Source: Camelus dromedarius (Eukaryota). Taken from it: a DNA stretch of 64,000 nucleotides. The notes beneath the pieces were generated by a model, which made no database searches, had not been told where the DNA came from, and was given only the letters and a program-made list of their open reading frames with translations. Below, in pieces: positions 26,611 through 38,450 of the stretch. The stretch spans positions 106,642,001 to 106,706,000 of the forward strand of contig NC_087436.1 in NCBI RefSeq assembly GCF_036321535.1, given 5' to 3'. Within the stretch, counting starts at the first letter, position 1. The number at the start of each line of letters is the position of its first letter. Position numbers and translations under genes: made by a program.

Positions 26611-28039
26611 ATCTTTGCCACACCTGACCTCCCTTGGGAATCCTGCTTCTACTATCAGTGGGTGTTCTTCCCGCATGCTGGTGGTGATGGTGGTGGAGAA
26701 CAAAGAAAGTTGGATGGATGAATGGATGGATGTATGGATAGACAGACAGATGGGTAAATGTGAGATCTCGTCTACCTCACTGATCATCATTCAGCTGATC
26801 ATCTTAGCTAGGCAGGTGTTTATTCTCTACTTTACTTTTTTATGAGTTGACACTGATGCTCTTCAGCTGAAGGGCATGACCATCCTTTTGTCCAATGGAA
26901 TTCAAAAGAATTTTGATAGTGTGGCATGGGACATCATTGTGTTAATCATTTTGTGACTAGTACTGCAGAATAAAATGCCTGGCATAGTAAATAATAGCAT
27001 TAGAGCTGTCTTTGAAAGAAAAGGTCAATATTAAACCTGCATGCTGATAGGAGAGATTAATATACTCTTGCTATTATTAATAATAGTAATTAGACTCTAT
27101 TGCTTTAGCTGATCCTTAGGTCCCATTTATAGGAACAGCCTAATGTTCTTCCTGAACATGACTTGGCATATTTCAGCACGTCATTGCAAGCATTGAAAAT
27201 CAGTGCCAGGATCTTCTTATCATTCTATTAGCTTTTTGGCACTTGGATTTTGTATTTATATTGGGCTTACTTTTTCACTACCTAAACAGTTAGTGGGGAT
27301 TTTTATATGAAAAGCAGAAGACCTTTCCATAATAGCATTTCCTGTTGGGTCATAACTATAGATCTGTGTATATTTTGCATCATTTAGCACAGCCGCTGTT
27401 CAAATTAAGAGGACAGGCATCCTCGTCAGGACAATTAACACTTGCAGCAAAAAATTCTTCTTAGCCACAGGGGAAAAAAGTTTAAATTGAGGTTGTAATA
27501 CAAGGAAAGCTTTTCAGCACTGGGAGCAGAGACAGGAGGGAGGAAAATGGAATACTGGCTGTTTGGTGATCAGATGCTCAATCTCTTTTGTTGTTGTTAC
27601 AATTTCTCTAGCAAGATCACCTCTGAGTACTGTGCAGAAATATAAACTGTGCCAGGATGGACGATCCTTGTTTAAAGGCAAAACACATGGAAGGTAATTT
27701 TGGGAGTCCCTCTTCCAAATAAATCTCCTCCATGTTCTTTCTTCTGCTATGGACTTTCACTAATATTTCCAGTTTTGGATTAAGGCACTAAAGGCCTCTA
27801 TTAAAATAAACCAGTGTTACCTAGCAGGGGTCAGTCACTTCCTCTTTATCATTAATGTCTTACTGTGAATAATTAAAATGAGATTTCTTCCCTAGTGAAG
27901 CCTTAAGAAATAATAGTGGTCGTGGTGAAAAATTTAAAATTGAAGGCATGTCAGAGTATACAGTGCCAACTGAATTATTATTTACCCATTTGTTTCTTAT
28001 AGTGAGCATGTGAGTAAGGTAGACAGAAGGGTGGGTCAG

Positions 28040-28190
28040 TCTCATCCAACAGACGAAGAAACTGAAGCTCTGATGGGTGAATAGATTGAAGAGCTCACTG
28101 AAGGTCTGGATTATACAGTGAGTAAGTCGCGAGCGGGGATGAGAAAGTGGAGGCAGCTCTGGACACAGTGGATCCACCACTGAACACAGT
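28040..28190 (-). mobile_element. MIR SINE
   Basis: 'acagacgaagaaactgaagctctga'. Confidence 0.6.
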
Positions 28191-28314
28191 GCCACGAGGG
28201 TGAGTTCTCACTGGACTGGTAGGAGCATCCTGAATAGCTAAATGGATTTGAGGGTTTGGAGGGTCTTGAGGGGGTTTAAGTTAGAGAAAGAGGCTACTAA
28301 CAATAGCTGTATTA

Positions 28315-28500
28315 CCTACCTTTTCTTGAGCGTCTGTCACCTGCTAAGGCTGGTACTAGACTCTTCAGTTGCCCTTTCATTTCATCTTCTCTATAAACCT
28401 GCAAGGTGGATTATAGTCCAGATTTGCAGATGAGGAAATGGGGGTTTAGAAAATTAAAAAAGAGTCTTTCTCAAGGTGAGTCAACTAAAAGTGGCAAAAT
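28315..28500 (-). mobile_element. MIR SINE
   Basis: 'tttgcagatgaggaaatgggggtttaga'. Confidence 0.7.
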
Positions 28501-28827
28501 ATTTTTCTATTCCTAAACCCTCTCTCTCCCAGCCACCCGCTACTGCGCAGGAAAGCAAAGAAAAGGTCAGGGCAGGGCCTTGAAAACAAATTTCCCTTTC
28601 TTCACATCTGTCTCAGGCTTGGCTTCTCTGCCCTCCACCTTTCCATTAACTCTGGAATCCTGCAAAGAACAAAAATTGGATCACTCCCTGACCGAAGGGA
28701 GGGTTTAAAAATTTCTACCCAGTTACTCTTTTTCTGCTTTCAAAGTCCCTCATCTCTCTTCAGATCAGTATGTAGAACATTTCACGTGTTTATTTCAGTC
28801 ACTTTTCTATTGCTGTTGAAGTAAACC

Positions 28828-29196
28828 ATAGATGGACCTGAAGATCGTCATACTAAGTGAAGTAAGCCAGAAGGAGAAAGAAAAATACCACATGGTATCA
28901 CCTCTATGTAGAATCTAAAAAAGAGGGACAGAAATGAACTTATTTACAAAGCAGAGACAGACTCACAGTGGGGAGGGGTAAATGGGGAGTTTGAGATTAG
29001 CAGACACATAACCTATATATAAAACAGATAAACAACCAGGTCCAACACAGGGAACTATATTCAATACCTTGTAATGGCTTACAATGAAAAAGAATATGAA
29101 AAGGAATATATATATATATGTATATGTAAAATGAATCACCGTGCTATATACCAGAAATTAACACAACATTGTAAATCATATATACTTCAAAAAAAT
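28828..29196 (+). mobile_element. 5'-truncated artiodactyl-type L1 3' end
   Basis: ORF2 tail 'gatggacctgaagatcgtcatactaagtgaagtaagccag'; 3' UTR 'cacagggaactatattcaatacc...ccagaaattaacacaacattgtaaatc'; short A tail; no clear TSD. Confidence 0.9.
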
Positions 29197-29629
29197 AATG
29201 AATTTGGTTATGTTTTATAACAAGGCAGCTTTCCCTCTCTTATTGAAAAATACGGTTGTCATTTATATTCCACCTACATTAAAAATTATCCCCAATTACC
29301 TTTCAGTGCAATGCAACCAATCAAAAGTTTCTGACCAGATTTTTTTTTTCCCCAAGCAAGAAGTCATTAAGGGCAAAGAGTGAGTGATATAATAGAAGGC
29401 AGGCAGCTTCACTTCCCTTTAGCGTTTGCTACCACAGTAGCTGTAAACCAGAATTACTCTCTCCTTGATTGAAAGGTGGCTACCTCTTGGGTGAAATGTG
29501 GCAGCTGCTTAACAGTGTACATTAATAAAACATGATCGTCTAAGAAGCAGCAAGCAATGATGAGCTGATGCACTTAATTGACAAGGCAGACAGAGGCTCA
29601 GTGGACGCAGGGGTGTTTTTTGAGTTTCC

Positions 29630-29765
29630 GTCTCTCTGTTGAGTGACCTTGAGCAAGCTGTTTAATGTCTCCATTACTCAGTCTCCTCATCTGTAAAATG
29701 GGAATAATAACAGTTACCTAGCTCACAGAGGCATTGTCAGAATTAATTAACTCAGGCAATGTCCT
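29630..29765 (+). mobile_element. MIR SINE
   Basis: 'gtgaccttgagcaag...ctcagtctcctcatctgtaaaatgggaataataa'. Confidence 0.85.
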
Positions 29766-30479
29766 CGGAGATCCCTGGATGAACGGTGCCGTGCCATTGG
29801 AGATGATTAGTATCCTTGTTATTCTGACACTCACCCGTAAGTCCCAGCGATCAAATATGGTTCTAGCTGAACTGAGCAGAGCGATGGATTCTGCAGCTGC
29901 AATCGGTGGCAGTGTGCCCTGAAGATAAAGTCTGTCACACACAATGTCTCCCCAGAGCAAGCTTAAGCTGGTAGCAGTATTGATGTAGGTGATCTGCCTG
30001 CCAGGATGCACAGAGACGGTTTAACTAGAGCTAATTATGGCCAGCAATAATGCCAGAGCCAGAACTCACCTCTGATTATGATGAGATGTTCAAAGAAACT
30101 CTTTCTAAACCTGATAATCAGGCAGACTCTTCTGCACTGTTCGTATGGGTAGCATTCTGAAGCATGGCAGGGGACCTCAGGTTTCTGAGGAAGGGCACTT
30201 GCAATCCTTTTCTAAAGGGGAACAGAACCAGAGATAATTAAGCTGGCAAATTGCCCATTGTAACCCTTATCACTTATTTATCTTGGCCATTTTTTTCTGA
30301 CTGTTGCCCAAATGTTATATGTTTGTTTTTGAATGAAGGGATGGAGAGAGTTGTCAAGCCAGACAAGTAAGATGGAGATCCCAGCCTCACAGGAGCTTTT
30401 GATCTAACAAAATATAGAGAGTTGAGGAAGTGGAACTTTGAGGAAGCTGCAAGCCCACGCTGAGTGTAGGTGTTTTGAT

Positions 30480-31190
30480 GGAGTGTGGCTGATGTTCCTC
30501 ATCATAACATGTGCAAATGTCCTCATTTCCATGACTATCACCTAAGTACAAATTACTGTCATTTCTCCACCGGACCACTCTGAAAACCTTTTGGCTGGTG
30601 TTCCTGTCTCAAACTTTGCCCTTCTGTAGTCTATTCAGCACACACCAGATTACTCAAGCAAGCTACTCTTCTGCTCAAGTCTTTCAAGACCTCCTTTCCC
30701 ATTGCTCATAGAGTCAAATTTAAACTCTTGCCATTGCTTCTTGTTTTTTATTGCCCATCTCTAAAACTAGTCTTATTCCAAAATCCAGCTGTTCTCTGAG
30801 GTCCATCCATGCTAGCTTCCTTTCAGTCCCCTGAAAGTCAAGTCCGTTACTGCCCCAGGGCCTTTGCATGTGTTTTTCCCTAAGGGACTTCCACTGGCTG
30901 GACCACGGTCCTCAAAAGGTGTCAATGCAAATATCACATATTCAGAAAGCCTTATCTAAATCATCTCCCTATACTTTACCAACATGTTCTTCACTGTTGT
31001 TCCTTTTCATGGTATTTTTAAAAAATCTGTAGTTATTCACTCATTTATCCCTCATACATTCATTTATTTGTTAAGGGTCTGTCCTCTCCAGAAGGTACCT
31101 CTCAGGCAGAAGTAACTTGCCCTCACCCCCTATTTACTAGTGCTCAGCACAATACCTGGCACAAATACCAGGTCTCATAATGCTGTTGGA
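30480..31190 (+). mobile_element. L2 fragments
   Basis: 'ccccagggcctttgcatgtg' and 'ctagtgctcagcacaatacctggcaca'. Confidence 0.7.
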
Positions 31191-31199
31191 TAACAAGTA

Positions 31200-31460
31200 C
31201 CTTTTTACAGCATTTTCTGCATGTCATGCACTGTACTATATACTTTGGATATAAATCTCATTTTTTCATGCAACAACCTTGAAAGTATCACTTAGCGGCA
31301 GCTTTTATACAATTAAATTGAGATTTAAGAACAATGAGAGGTTGGTATCACTTAGTCACAGTTTTCATGCAATTAAATTGAGGGTTAGAAACATTGAGGC
31401 TTGACGAAGATCCCAGCCTGAGTTTAGTGAAAACTGGATTTGAACACCAGCTTCCCTGGT
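31200..31460 (-). mobile_element. MIR SINE with an internal 60-bp tandem duplication
   Basis: MIR-like 'caacaaccttgaaag...ggatttgaacacc'; duplicated unit starts at 31285 and 31345. Confidence 0.6.
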
Positions 31461-34441
31461 ACCAAAATCAGGGCTGGTCCTGCTCTTTGATTTGGACAGC
31501 TGGATGAGCAATCCAAATGAAGAGGTGGATCATAAATCCTCTCTCAATGGCATTGACCATGGATTGGCTTAAAAGGCATTTGGGGGAAATTGAATCTAAG
31601 AGAAACTCTCGAATTGTGAAGGACATTTAAGTATTGAAAACTCAGTGATGACATTCTGTAGGAGAATTAGTAAAAACCTTGAGAAGGACAAGCCCAAACA
31701 ACCTTTTCCTGCCCTTCTTAGGAAATTGTCTCGTTTATTTTCCAACCTCTTCTTGCCAGGGGGCATTTCAGTCTTTGTCTTCTGATTACTGTTTCCTGGA
31801 GGAAAGTTTAGGGAGTGTGAAGATCATTTCACTTTAGGTTCATGTCAATTCATTTAAGAATCTTGCACATTCAAGAATCTTGATAAATAAATATATAGCA
31901 AAACCTACTGAACTAAAGTGTAAAAACATTATGGCTTTTCTTTTCCTGAACTTTGACATTAAACATATGATATTTTTGTTTGTGGGTTGAAACACTTTCA
32001 TAATTGATACAAACAAACAGGGTAGCATTTAAAAATAAGACAAACATTCAAATAGAAGTGTGGCTACTTCTTTGCCAAAACTAAACACAGATCATTTGTG
32101 TATAGATGGGCAGGATTTTCTATCATAATATGAATACTTTCCCAGAAAGATAGTTTTTTTTTTTCTTTTCATATTTTTTTTTTCAGGATTGTTTTTAGTT
32201 GTCTATGATGATAGTAAAAAGATGTTCAAATAAAGCTATGTATGTGTTTAAGTCATCAAATCTCAACCAGAGTAATCAAAACAACCATAAAGTCATATGA
32301 AGATGAAATTTCAAATATGGTGGCACAGCTGTGGACTGCTGGGCAACAAGGAACTAAACAAAAATCAGAAGCGTTAGTTAAAATAGAATTATATGTCTGT
32401 GTCCTAGAGACTACGATGCATTCAGTACCAAGAGAAGTACTGGGTACTAAAAGATAAAACATCTTTTGTGTCTCTTAGGGACTAGTGATGACAGGGAGAG
32501 CAATTGATACATCATTATAAAGTGGTCAGAGTTGGAATGGAAGTGGTCACAGAATTCTGTATGAGAACAGATGATAGATCGCTAAATCCAGCCTGGTAGA
32601 ATCATGACAGACTTCCTAGAGGAGGTGACACCCACACTGAATCTTAAAAGGAATGTCTTAATTTTCAAGAGCATCACAGCGGAATAAGAATACTTGAAGC
32701 TTCCTTTTGCTTGTCAGTGCATTTCTTTCTATTGCAAACTGGCTTTCTCCTCAGGCAGAGAACAGTACTCACCCAACCAATTTCTAAACTCTTATTTCTT
32801 TTGATGGGAAATTCTTTCTTTTTTTTTCCAGCAACCATTTGAAAAATTTTAGTGAGAGATTCTGGTTTTCCCTGGTTGCATTTCCTTCCTAACCCCAGAT
32901 CAATCATTTTGGTCGAGGAAGTGGTGTTCTCTGAGCAGTCTAGCTTTGGCCCCTCCAATGTACCTAGACTATTAGAGATCTAAGATGGCGGCCTTTAGTG
33001 AAAACCTGCGACTTGGTATGTTGATGAGAAAGGCCTGAAAAAAGAAGGAGAAAGAAGCTTTCACCAATGAAGCACAAAGGACTGTAGACTAGATGAAATT
33101 GTTGAGATTTCTAGGGACTGTCTTCCAACCTACCAGTGGCTATATTTTCGGTCTCATTTGCCTACCGAGAGACTGTCAAGCCAGAAGAAACAAACACTTG
33201 CTAAGTTATTTTTTGTGCTAAACCCTTTCTTAGGTGTTTTATTTTTACTGTCTCATAAAAATTCTTACTACAACCTTTGAAGATAAGTAGTAATTTAAGT
33301 ATGAGGAACAGAGAGTTTAAATAACTCTTAGAAGATCACATGGATTAAGAAGTCATGGAGATTTAATTTGTTTTTAATTAGCCATTCCGTGTCCCCTGCA
33401 CCACACCATGTGGGAGCTTTGAGAACAATATTTGTAGCATAATGCATAATCTTCCAAATGACCAGAGGTGTGCAAACAGGAGAGCATTGTTTTGTTTTCT
33501 TTTTTGCTGACTTTATGATAAGATGGCCTTCTTTTTTCAGATTTTAATGTGCTGTGTCAGGAGAAAACATATAATGAGTGCTCTGGATTTTCTGTCTTTT
33601 GAGCTGAATCTGTAAGATGTGTCACATGTCTCTCCCTTGGAGAGAGTAATTAATGGAGTGTATTGTTATTTCCATAGGCTATCATCTCTGGAAGAGTTTC
33701 TCTTCAGGCACACAGCACAGGGGTGTGGGGGGAGGGTAGGAGGGACACTTGTAAATTTCTGCATTCATATTGAACACTTTCCCATTCGGATGGCACAAGA
33801 AAACATCCATAAATGGGAAATACCTCTTCACCTTTACAGAGAGATCTTCCTTTTAAGCTTGGGTGATGCTTCTTTTGGAAGGATCACTGTTACCGGCTTT
33901 CCAGGTGTAGACTGGTAGAATATGGGGAGAGGGGTGTCATTCAGTATTAAGTCAATAACTACTCCTTAGGTTAGCTCATTGCTTATTTTATCAACCCTGC
34001 ATGAGTTTCCCCAGAATTATTTTCTTCTCTCTCAGGTAAATATTAGGCTTAGTTACAGGGGCAAAAGAGTTGCATAAACAGAGAAGGAAAAAAGGTGTAT
34101 CTCATTTTATTACTCTTTTGTGTAATAGCAGTAAAAGTTTTGTAGGGAGTATTGTATACAGTAAAACAATCATTTGTCAAAGGGTAAACTTACTGAACAC
34201 CAATGCTCTGTTTTTAAAAGATCCCTTGTGTGCCATGAACTACACAGTGTTCATAAAAAGTTGTACTCCAGGGTTAGATATTCTTGCTTCCTCAATTACT
34301 AGAGTTTTCTGAAGTCTCTCCAGGAAGGAGGATTAAACATTTACTGTCAGGAAGCACCAGGTTACACTTTGTCCCATGCTTTGACATATTCATTAGCCAA
34401 GACTCTTAAGTTTTCAATTACTGAATCCATAAAGTACCACC

Positions 34442-34462
34442 AAAAAAAAAAAAAAAAAAAAA
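34442..34462. repeat. poly(A) tract, 21 nt
   Basis: Direct read; no TSD found. Confidence 0.95.
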
Positions 34463-34909
34463 GAGCTAGAAGTAGTGAAAAAGATAAAAACACAACAGCC
34501 AGAATTTATGCACTGCAGTTTTAAAAACACTCTTCTCGCCCTGTCATTTTAGTTTGGCCATTATAGGCTGTGTGTTCCCATAATGAATGATGCCTGGGGT
34601 TATATATGACTCATAAACTGTTCTGATTGATTATTTACTATTTGATATCATAAGAAAATATAAAAGTTTCTGTATTTTAATCTTTAGTCTTTAATGGAGA
34701 GTTTGATATGACTTATCATAGATGAGGAACGTGAAATACATGGACAAAAATCCCTCCTGATGAATTGGGGTGGATAGAACATTTTAAAATAATGATGCAC
34801 ACACAAGACGAAGGCAAAAAACAATTTCTCTGACATGGTCATTTAGAAATTCTCATTTAAAAGACTAGTATAAATTATGTGTGCAAAATTAAATAGAGTG
34901 TAAAAAAAT

Positions 34910-36860
34910 ATAGACTGCTGGCTTCAATCCTAAAGCATCGAGTGATTGAAAGTTGTCACCCTCAATCTGACAACAAGACAATCTCGGCAACCTGAAAAAT
35001 CAGTGACTGTCTCTTGGACCAATCAGAGAATCGAGGTCTCAGGGCAAACCAATGCCCTGAAATCACTAGAGGGAGGTGCTTCTAGATGAGATACAGCCTA
35101 TATCTGCTTACCTGGGACGGAAGTCCTGGGGCCATAATCTGGCAGTTACATTTAAGTGGTAATTTTGATGACTTGCTTGTGGCTGGGTGTGGACTAGCAG
35201 GCTATTGAGAAATACCTGGTGGCCGAAGTCTTAGGAGAGGTGGGGCACGATTCTCTGGGTTTTACCTCCAGGAACTCCAGGAGGTTCTTGTAATATTTCA
35301 GGGGAAACACCCTCATGGCCCTGGCAAAGGGAAGGGAAGGGTAATCATTGTGAAATATACCCAGAACTTTCTCCATAACAAAGGCCTACTCTTCAAGGAA
35401 GAAAGAGCTTTGCCAGAGCCTAATCTCAGCTGAGGGACTGAAATTCCTCCCACTCCAGCCCCTTTCAGCCTTCATTTCACCTATGGGGGAAATACAGTCT
35501 GCAGGGTTCATTGTTCAAGGAAATTGTTTGGGAACACTGTAGCTATGGAAGGGAATAAAGGGCTTGTGTTTAGAAAACCTTGTGGAGGAAACATTAATGA
35601 AGGTCTGAAAAAAAAAAAGCCCTGAATAAAAAGACCCATCAAAGGGCTGAAAATTAATCAGCAGATTATAGAACACTCTGCTTTCCCCACACTTTACCGT
35701 TCTACAAACAGGGCTCCGGTACAATAATGTTCTACCTGGAAAAGCTGCACATACAGACTCTTCCTGAAGAGTAACACATAGGAAAGACCAAAACAAGGAC
35801 ATTAGAGGAATTTAAAGCCTCTAGCACCTACAGCTACAGCAAACATTAAACACAGTCCAACTCCTAGGCAGATTAACCTAAATCTACATACTAAAGGTTA
35901 ATTCCTCAATTTCTGTTAGTCAATACAATATGTCCAGCTTTCAAGAAAAAAAATTACACGGTATGCCAAAAGACAAAACCGAATAATCAAACAACAGAAA
36001 AGGTCTGAAGAGACAAAGTAAGCATGAGAATCAGATTCAGATACAACACAGATTTGGGAACTAACAGAGTATCTAAAATGACTATAATTAGCATGTTAAG
36101 GGCTCCATAAAAAAAAAGTAATAAACATGAAACAACAGATGTAATATGAATAAATATGGAAACCCTAAGGAAGAATTGAAGAATTCTTTTTGATAGGTTT
36201 ATCAGTAGAGTTGACATGGCCAAGAAAGAATCTGTGAATTTGAAAACAGGTCAATAGCAACTTCCCAAACCGAAATGCAATTCTTTTTTTCTCAAAGCAT
36301 TTTGAAAAGAGAACAGACATTTAGGAACTGTGGGACAATATCAAAAGGGGTAACATATACATCATTGGAATAGAAGAAGAAGAAAGGAGAACTAAGCAGA
36401 ATAAATACTTGAAGTAATAAAAGCTGAGAACTTTCCAAAATTAATGAAAGACAGCAGACCACAAATCCAGGGAGATCATGGAACACAAAACATGATAAAT
36501 ACAAAAAATACTACATTTAGGTATATTATATTAAAACTACAGGAAAAATAAAAATGAGAAATCTTGAGAGAAATCAGTGGGGAGGAAAACACATCTTACC
36601 TATTGAAGACAGGAATAATCATTACTGCAGACTCTTCATCAAAAACAGTGCAAGCAAGAAGAATGGTGGAGTGAAATATTTAAAATACTGAGAGAACCAC
36701 CAATCTCACATCACCAATCTAGAATTCTACATTCAGCAAAATTATCCTTTAAAAGTAAAGGAGAAATACACTCTCAGACTAATAAAAACCAAAGAGTTTT
36801 ATCTCCAGCACACCTACCCTGTGAAAAGTGTTGAAAGTTCTTCAGGCAGAAAGGAAATGA
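34910..36860 (+). mobile_element. Old L1M 5' UTR and decayed ORF1
   Basis: ORF1-like 'aggaactgtgggacaatatcaaaag', 'ctgagaactttccaaaattaatgaaagaca' and 'ctagaattctacattcagcaaaattatcctttaaaagtaaaggagaaata'. Confidence 0.8.
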
Positions 36861-36861
36861 T

Positions 36862-37045
36862 AGGTTATGAACTGAATGTTTGTGTCCCCCCCACAACAAA
36901 AAATTTATATATTGAAGCAATAACCACCCCCCCCACCCCAGTGTGGCTGTATTAGGAGATAAGACCTTTAAGGAAGCAATTAGGGTTAAATGAAATCATA
37001 AAGATGGGACCTTGTCTGATAAAATTACTATTTTTATAAGTAGAA
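36862..37045 (+). mobile_element. MLT1A/B-like LTR, 5' portion only
   Basis: 'gttatgaactgaatgtttgtgtcccccc...attagggttaaatgaaatcataaag'; 3' half not seen. Confidence 0.75.
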
Positions 37046-37121
37046 ATGCCATGGTGTGTTCTCTCAGAATGCTTGGAGAAACGGCTGATTTAGGACTGTG
37101 GGAGGAAATAAATACACAACA

Positions 37122-37821
37122 CAGTAGTCTCTCCTTATCCATGGTTTTACTTTTTGAGGTTTTAGTTACCTCTGGCCAACAGAGGTCCATAAATATTAAA
37201 TGGGAAATTCCAGAAATAAACAATTCATAATTTTTAAGTTGCTTGCCATTCTGAGTAGCATGATGAAATCTTGCTCTATTCCACTCCATCTCAGCTGGGA
37301 TCCCCAACAATCGACATCATCTGCTCCTGACTGCCAACCATCAACATCATTATGGCTCGATGATCTAAGATCACCTGAAGCAGACGACCCTGCTGACATA
37401 TCATCAGATGGTCAACAGCAGTCAAACGCTATGTCACAATGCCTACATCTTTCAGTTCAGTTTGTCTCATCACATAGTCATTTTACCATCTCCCATCATC
37501 ATAAGAAGGGTGAGTACAGTACAAAAAATATTATGAGAAAGAGAGACCCCATTCACATAACTTTTATTACAGTATATTGTTATAATTGCTCTATTTTTTA
37601 AGTATGCAACAGATATTTGTCTATTTTTACTTTAAAATTTTTCTATTTTATTATCAGTTATTGTTGTTTATCTCTTACTGTACCTAATTTTAACTAAACT
37701 TTATCATAGGCGTGTGAGTATAGAAAAAAACAGTATATATAGGATTGGGTACAATTTGTAGTTTCAGGCATCCACTGGGGTTCTTGGAATGTATTCCCTG
37801 TGGATAAAGAGGGGACTACTG
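37122..37821. mobile_element. Tigger-family non-autonomous DNA transposon, MER44-like
   Basis: TIRs cagtagtctctccttatcca and tggataaagaggggactactg; internal 'atattaaatgggaaattccagaaataaacaattcat'. Confidence 0.85.
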
Positions 37822-37989
37822 CATGAGTCTGAGTTTCTCACAATGCCAGAAAGTAAGGTTCTCCAAAAAAGAAAAAAGAAAAACACCCCTACAATAATGG
37901 GTGTTTGTCAAAGGGTCATGGGAGACCACCGAAAGAGCTCCCAAAGACCAAATTTAGAACCTCTTTGAGCAATAAAATAATTGAAGTAA

Positions 37990-38450
37990 TGTGATGGTTA
38001 ATTTTACATATCAACTTGCCTGCGCCATGGTACCCAGATATTTGGTCAAATATTATTTAAAATTTTTCTATAAAGATATTTTTAGATGACATTAACATTT
38101 AAGTCATTAGACTTGATTAAAGCAGCTTATTCTCCATAATGTGAGTGAGCCTTATCCAGTCAGTTGAAATCCTTTAGTAGAAAAAAGACTGGCTTCCCCT
38201 GAGAAAAAGAGAAATTCTTCCAGCAGACTGCCTTTAGACTCTAGCTGCAAATCTTCCCTGGATCTCCAGCCTGCCAGGCTACCCTGCAAGCTTTGGGCTT
38301 GCCAGCCCCTACAATCACATGAGCCATTCCTTAAAATCTTTCTCTCTCTCTCTCTAGATAGATAGATAGAAAGACAGATAGATAGATCAATAGATTGACA
38401 GATAGATACCTCCTATTCATTCAGTTTCTCTGTAAAAGCCTAATAAAGAT
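37990..38450 (+). mobile_element. ERVL LTR, MLT2B-like, with internal (TC)n/(GATA)n
   Basis: Starts 'tgtgatggttaattttacatatcaacttg'; possible 5-bp TSD agtaa at 37985-37989 and 38451-38455. Confidence 0.85.

Noticed and set aside
32985..33038. MAAFSE start resembling the DDX1 N-terminus
   Set aside because: Similarity ends after 6 aa and a stop follows at codon 18; likely coincidence.
34442..34462. poly(A) as the tail of a processed pseudogene
   Set aside because: No TSD and no recognisable mRNA-derived sequence upstream.
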